DNA of 32,000 nucleotides from Candidatus Jordarchaeales archaeon (lineage in GTDB: Archaea; Asgardarchaeota; Jordiarchaeia; Jordiarchaeales; Freyrarchaeaceae): the NCBI GenBank assembly GCA_038858525.1, contig JAWCFL010000015.1, positions 15,623-47,622 of the forward strand, given 5' to 3'. Below, piece by piece: positions 27,330 through 32,000 of this stretch. The notes under the pieces are model-generated. The model was not told the DNA's origin. It saw only the letters and a program-made list of their open reading frames with translations, and searched no databases. A program made the translations under genes and the position numbers. Each line of letters opens with the position of its first letter. Position 1 is the stretch's first letter.

Positions 27330-28291
27330 GTGGAGATGCGTTTAGTAACTTTCAATGAATATCTTGAGTATGCTAAGTCTTGTAGCGAGATCGTCATTGA
27401 AGATACAAAAATTCACGTAGGCAAGCCTCATAGAATTGAGGCCTACCAGCCTGAAGAGTTCAGCCTTGAAACCACCACGGTTTGGAGCTTTCCGGATAGG
27501 GGCGACTGGGCCACGCATAGAGGGGATTACCGTGGGAACTGGTCCCCCAGAGTTGCCCGTAATCTCATACTCCGCTACAGTAAGCCCGGCGAGCTCGTCC
27601 TAGACCAGATGTGTGGTGGAGGAACAACTCTTGTCGAGTGCAAGCTCCTGGGCAGGAACGCGATCGGCGTAGACATAAACTACGAGGCGTGCATTCTGGC
27701 ACTTGACAGGCTAAACTTTAACTGCAATCAGCCTTCCTCAGACTGGAAGGAGCCAGACATCAAAGTTTACCACGGCGACGCTAGAAACCTCGACCTAATA
27801 GAGGATGAATCCGTCGACTTGATAGCCACACACCCCCCTACGCAAACATAATCTCGTACTCTAAGCAGAAGAAGATTGAGGGGGACCTCTCCCAAGTGTA
27901 CAACCTAGAGGAGTATCTTAGGGGGATGCGGGAGGTGGCTGAGGAGAGCTTCAGAGTCCTCAAACCTGGAAGGTTCTGCGCGGTCCTCGTGGGCGACACG
28001 AGGAAGCACAGACACTACGTCCCGGTGGCTTTCAGGGTGATGCAGCAGTTCTTGGACGCAGGCTTCATCCTCCGAGAAGACATCATAAAATGCCAGTGGA
28101 ATGTAAAGAAAAGCAGAGAGAAGTGGGTGGGCCTGATGAGGACGGCAGAGGAATGCTGGGTTGAAAAGCCGGAGGGGAAACGCTACTGGTCAGACTTCCT
28201 CCTAATATATCACGAGCACCTATTCGTCTTTCGGAAGCCAGGCAAAAACGAAAACCCTCACAGCTGCAAGCTAAGCGCGAAGTGGTGGTAA
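27330..28291 (+). pseudogene. N4/N6 DNA methyltransferase with a single -1 frameshift in a C6 tract at the catalytic motif; C7 restores a 320-aa ORF
   Basis: TTVWSFPDRGDWATH, VLDQMCGGGTT, IGVDIN. The tract CACCCCCCTA at 27831-27840 splits ATHPP|YANIISYS...LKPGRFCAVLVGD...HEHLFVFRKP. Confidence 0.88.
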
Positions 28292-28709
28292 CTAACCGTT
28301 GCGGGAAAGCTTTTACTCCTTCTTTATTGAACAATAATTTTTGAAATATTTTCATCACTAATAGTAAAAGAAACAAACCCTGAACAAAATGCTTATTGTA
28401 CCTTCTGAGGGAGGACTGTTTGGTGAGCTGGCTCTTGAAGCCATTCTCTCGGATCAGCTTCTCCAGATATTTTTAGAATTCGAAAGTGATGGTAAAATTC
28501 CAGTGCTCCTATTAACTCTACAGTTGGTGTTATTTGTATTAGACTCCAAGTTTCCGCTAGAAAATTACAGGAAAATAATGGAGACCGAAAACCTTAATGA
28601 AAAAGAAAAGAAGAGTATAAGAAGTATTTTCTAAGGAACATCAAGGATAATCTAAGATAAAATAGCGAAGGATTACGTTTGTTCTGAAAAGAGATGCTGA
28701 GTTTTTCTT

Positions 28710-28952
28710 TCACACACATACCGTCAGAAGGAGTCTATTACTTCTGAATGAGACCTTTGAGTTGCTTTGAGAGTACACAAAAAGACTATACAAAAAGAGG
28801 AGCGCAAGTAGTATTGCCACTAAGCTTGTTACATTCTTAACCTCTCTCAGCGGTTCGAAGCCATCAATAACGTATGGTACATTGTTTATAATATGCACCC
28901 AAATAGAAAATATAAAAATTAAAGGGCAAATTCGAGAGAATTTCAAAATCAC
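28710..28952 (-). CDS. Possible small membrane protein or remnant
   Basis: 80-aa ORF with two hydrophobic stretches in AT-rich DNA; no family recognised. Confidence 0.3.
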   Translation of the reverse strand: MILKFSRICPLIFIFSIWVHIINNVPYVIDGFEPLREVKNVTSLVAILLALLFLYSLFVYSQSNSKVSFRSNRLLLTVCV

Positions 28953-28960
28953 GAAGAAAT

Positions 28961-29176
28961 ATGTTTAAAGATAGCATCTATAGTACTTTTATTACGGAGG
29001 CTAGAAATTTGAGTGGTTCATTAAAAGATTTCAAGCAAGGCGACTCTCCTCGCTGCCCTTACTGCGAAATGGAGGGACAAGTGCAACTGAATTTCTGCAA
29101 GAGGCACCGCTACGTCTATCGCAAGTGGCTTACCAACTACATACGGGCATTTTCAAGTACACCCACTAACCCCTAA
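28961..29176 (+). CDS. Possible small Zn-binding hypothetical protein
   Basis: 71 aa with CPYC...C..H; divergent from 28710-28952; no family recognised. Confidence 0.3.
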   Translation: MFKDSIYSTFITEARNLSGSLKDFKQGDSPRCPYCEMEGQVQLNFCKRHRYVYRKWLTNYIRAFSSTPTNP

Positions 29177-29285
29177 ACTGGCATGTGAGTCAAGAGCTCT
29201 TTACCAGCTGTTAGATGCCCTCGCCTTCCAAGCTTATTGGTTAGCACCCTTCTTTTTACTTCCTTTCTTTTTTCTCGTAGTTTTT

Positions 29286-29464
29286 CCGCTTCGTTTTCAA
29301 AGCATTTGAGGTGCTGTCTATGAAAAAAGATTTAATGTTTTGTTCCCAGGGGCCTTTAGCGGGTAGACTTCAAAATGTCCTAGCGCCATACCTCAATCTT
29401 CTTGGCGCCTCTATAGTTCTTTCGTTTGCGGTTGAGCCGCACTTACCGTGCTGCCCTTTAGGCT
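29286..29464. repeat. Left copy of a direct repeat bracketing the MntA/HepT pair
   Basis: 29286-29315 is identical (30 bp) to 30507-30536, and similarity continues to 29332. A second block at 29430-29464 resembles 30553-30588. Confidence 0.85.
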
Positions 29465-29690
29465 AAGGCAGGTGAAAGTGTTAAGGAGCTTTGTGGTCTG
29501 TTAACTTTATGAAGACTGAAGACTTAAAGGTGGGCGAAGGAAAATAACCAAATACTACTCGTTGAATCGGGGGATTAGAGAATTAGAGAAAGAGGGGGGT
29601 ATCTATGTCTGTTCATGTAGCCTACTGCCGGCCCCTTCAACATTAAACTAGTAGAACATGAAGGAAATTTAAATTAAGCTGCAAGATAAT

Positions 29691-30041
29691 CTAGAGTTGC
29701 TTTTCAAGATCTTTTAGAATTTTTTCGAATAAGGGTTTCAGATTAGGAATATCCTCTTTAATGGTTTTCCATATTCTTTTTAAATCGATTCCAAAGTATT
29801 CGTGGATTAACTTATCCCTCATTCCGGCCATGTCTTTCCAAGGTATTTGGGAATAAGAGTTTCTCACAGAGTTCGGTATCTTTTTAACTGCTTCTCCAAT
29901 TACTTCCAAGGCCCTAATGACCGCGTAGATTGTCCTTTTATCATTTATAAAATCATCGTAATTCATCCCCTCTACGAAACTCATGGCGTCCTCCATGGCT
30001 TCAACTATGTCCTCCACGTAGTCTAAAAATTCCTTCTTCAT
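29691..30041 (-). CDS. hepT: HepT-like HEPN/DUF86 RNase toxin
   Basis: AVIRALEVIGEAVKKIP, IPWKDMAGMRDKLIHEYFG (Rx4HxY). Confidence 0.92.
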   Translation of the reverse strand: MKKEFLDYVEDIVEAMEDAMSFVEGMNYDDFINDKRTIYAVIRALEVIGEAVKKIPNSVRNSYSQIPWKDMAGMRDKLIHEYFGIDLKRIWKTIKEDIPNLKPLFEKILKDLEKQL

Positions 30042-30337
30042 ATGTTTACAACTTCCTCCAAGATATGTTTTCCAATTCTCGGCTTCAGGACGCTTTTCTC
30101 GACCAAGTCCACTTTGACCCCTAGTTCTTCACTTAAATAATTCTCTAACCGAATAAAATCCAAAAGGCTTAACTCTGCCGACTCATCAAACTCGACCAAA
30201 ACGTCGAGATCACTCCCTCTTTTTTCCTCACCCCTAACGTAAGAGCCAAAAATGCCAATAGACTTAACCTTAAACTTCTCCCTTAAAAGAGGCTTTAACT
30301 CTTCCAGTTTCATCTTCATCTTCTCAATTTTTTTCAT
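30038..30337 (-). CDS. mntA: MntA-like minimal nucleotidyltransferase antitoxin
   Basis: GIFGSYVRGEEKRGSDLDVLVEF (GSx10DxD), LENYLSEELGVKVDLV; ATGA overlap with hepT. Confidence 0.92.
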   Translation of the reverse strand: MKKIEKMKMKLEELKPLLREKFKVKSIGIFGSYVRGEEKRGSDLDVLVEFDESAELSLLDFIRLENYLSEELGVKVDLVEKSVLKPRIGKHILEEVVNI

Positions 30338-30506
30338 ACAATCACCTTTAAAAAAATTGAAGTTTTAACCTTTAAAGGATTTTCCTAAACTTTTCTGTTT
30401 AACTCATTACATCTATGCTCTCTTTTCTTTCATCATCAAAGAGATTCCCCTTGCTCAGATTCATAAGAACTGTTTACAGAATAGCCCAAGATGGTGCTCA
30501 AGCATC

Positions 30507-30588
30507 CCGCTTCGTTTTCAAAGCATTTGAGGTGCTTTCTATGAAAAAGATTGGTTGAGCTGCACTTACAATGCTGCTCTTTTAGGCT
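30507..30588. repeat. Right copy of the direct repeat, lacking the ~97-bp middle segment of the left copy
   Basis: CCGCTTCGTTTTCAAAGCATTTGAGGTGCT...GATT joined directly to GGTTGAGCTGCACTTAC...AGGCT. Confidence 0.85.
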
Positions 30589-30790
30589 GGGATGGACGTA
30601 TTTTTCAAAGCTAATTAGTCTCTCTTAGAGAGCTAGGCGGGAGAGCGGGCGAAAAATCCGATAGATGAGAATTAAACAATAATAATCGTCTTCTCGGAAA
30701 GGCGTCTGGCGGTGGCCTTCCTTGTAAAGCCTCGGAGAGGCTGCTTAGGGGGGTTAAGCACGTTAAGCTTCCTAAGCGGGCGAAGCGCAC

Positions 30791-30830
30791 TCTAACGGTA
30801 AAACCAGTTAGAATTGGTCTTACCGTTAGA
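30791..30830. promoter_or_regulatory. 11-bp perfect inverted repeat just upstream of the AbrB-PIN promoter region; possible operator
   Basis: TCTAACGGTAA at 30791-30801 and TTACCGTTAGA at 30820-30830, with an inner ACCA..TGGT pair. The function is inferred. Confidence 0.45.
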
Positions 30831-30885
30831 AGTAAGACGTAAGATTTTTTAAAGGCTCCTTACTGATTGTTTCCTGGTGAACTTT

Positions 30886-31161
30886 ATGGAGTATAAGGCG
30901 AAGATCTCCAGTAAGGGTCAAGTGGTTATACCGAAGGAGATAAGGGAGAAGTATGGGTACAGGGAGGGGGTTGAGGTCACCTTTAAACCCATCGATGAAA
31001 CTAGACTATTGATCGAGCGGACACCCCGAATCTCTGAGCTCTTCGGCTTCCTTGAAGGAGCGGAAGCCGCTAAAGTCCTGCTTGAGGAGCGAGAAAAAGA
31101 GTTGAAGGGAGGAGGCGAGGATCAAAGAGAGAAAGAACTTCTCCGGCGGGGTTCCAGGTGA
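30886..31161 (+). CDS. vapB: AbrB/MazE/SpoVT-family antitoxin
   Basis: MEYKAKISSKGQVVIPKEIREKYGYREGVEVTF; overlaps the PIN start. Confidence 0.9.
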   Translation: MEYKAKISSKGQVVIPKEIREKYGYREGVEVTFKPIDETRLLIERTPRISELFGFLEGAEAAKVLLEEREKELKGGGEDQREKELLRRGSR

Positions 31162-31613
31162 GAAGGCTCGTCTTCGATACAGGCCCATTCCTACTCCTAT
31201 TCACCAGCGAGGCCGGCTCCGATAAAGCTAGGAAAGCCGTCCTAAAACATGAAAACGGTGAAATTAGAATATACATGCACCCAAACAACCTCGCAGAAGC
31301 ATATAAAGTAATGAGCAGGATCATAGAGGAGAAGCAAGGCACCGCCAGGAACGTGAAGCCGGAACAGGTGGTCAGGTCTGCCTACACCACATTCAGCGTG
31401 GTCTACGACACGGAAACGACAATTAAGCTCGGAATGCTAAAGCTCAAATATGGTGAAAAACCGTGGGGGGACCTCTCCTCAGCAGCCCTCTCACTGCGTC
31501 TCTCAGAGGAAAGCCCAGCCCCCGTAGTAGTACTCGACAACGAAAAACACTTCGAAGACATTAAAGAGGTATCAATCATACGCGTATCCGAACTAGACGA
31601 AATACTGGAATAG
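31158..31613 (+). CDS. vapC: PIN-domain (VapC-like) toxin
   Basis: LVFDTGPF, NLAEAY, WGDLSSAALS, VVLDNEKHF; GTGA overlap with the antitoxin. Confidence 0.85.
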   Translation: MRRLVFDTGPFLLLFTSEAGSDKARKAVLKHENGEIRIYMHPNNLAEAYKVMSRIIEEKQGTARNVKPEQVVRSAYTTFSVVYDTETTIKLGMLKLKYGEKPWGDLSSAALSLRLSEESPAPVVVLDNEKHFEDIKEVSIIRVSELDEILE

Positions 31614-31878
31614 CGCGCACTTCACCAATTTTTCCAACCAGCACTAAGCTATAAGCCACCAGCCTACTGTAAACCTGTAACCCTGAAGCTGACGAGCTCA
31701 TATTACCACGTTGGCAGGCACCTACCTAGGTAGCTTGCGCCCCTCCCTCATTGTAAAATTTAACGCTAAGGTGGCCCACAAACATACCGACACTTAAACA
31801 AGCAAAAAGACTCTAACGAGGGGTTGCAGCAGTTCCCGAATAGATAACTTTATATAACACTTCTTAACATTTATTTGT

Positions 31879-32000
31879 ATGATGATTGAGAGGTTGCTGA
31901 CGCTCAGCGAAGCCTGCGAGAGATCAGGCATTCATCCAAATACGCCTAGAAAATGAGATAAACAGGGGAAGATCAGAGTTGTTAGGACTGTTGGTGGTAG
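31879..32000 (+). mobile_element. 5' end of an IS607-family tnpA (MerR-like HTH of a serine transposase) with a premature stop; runs off the window
   Basis: MMIERLLTLSEACERSGIHPNTPRK*DKQGKIRVVRTVGG matches the IS607 N-terminal pattern L...EA...LG.HP.TLR.WD..GKI...RT.GG, with TGA where TGG is expected. Confidence 0.75.

Noticed and set aside
1-32000. tRNA or rRNA genes
   Set aside because: No T-arm GTTCRA/acceptor-stem context or rRNA-conserved segments found by eye on either strand.

Overview
Archaeal accessory region, probably from an uncultured anaerobic thermophile; the lineage cannot be assigned from sequence alone. Archaeal signs are TATA/BRE promoters, GAGGTG-type ribosome-binding sites, ATGA-overlapped operons, a split AcnX and many MNT-HEPN/VapBC modules. 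Bases 918-8899 are an AT-rich four-gene minus-strand operon: an unknown ~505-aa protein, a split YprA/DpdJ/DrmA-like SF2 helicase, a DUF1998-PLD nuclease fusion and a Zn-ribbon amino-methyltransferase. It looks like an unusual DISARM/Dpd-related defence system and is the main candidate for a new system. The rest alternates GC-richer metabolic blocks with eight toxin-antitoxin loci, four intact and four decayed. The metabolic blocks are a glycyl-radical enzyme with its activase, a divergent AcnX pair, a LeuB/C/D-like operon and a Glu/Leu/Phe/Val dehydrogenase pseudogene. The window also holds a secreted permuted NlpC/P60 protein, a HEAT-repeat protein with a recent internal duplication, a second DNA methyltransferase broken by a single C-tract frameshift in its catalytic motif, and the start of an IS607-type tnpA at the right edge. 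The dehydrogenase pseudogene contains a perfect 39-bp duplication around a 35-bp foreign insert, with repeat-spacer-repeat geometry. No rRNA, tRNA or true CRISPR array was seen. All family assignments come from motif recognition by eye, not database searches.
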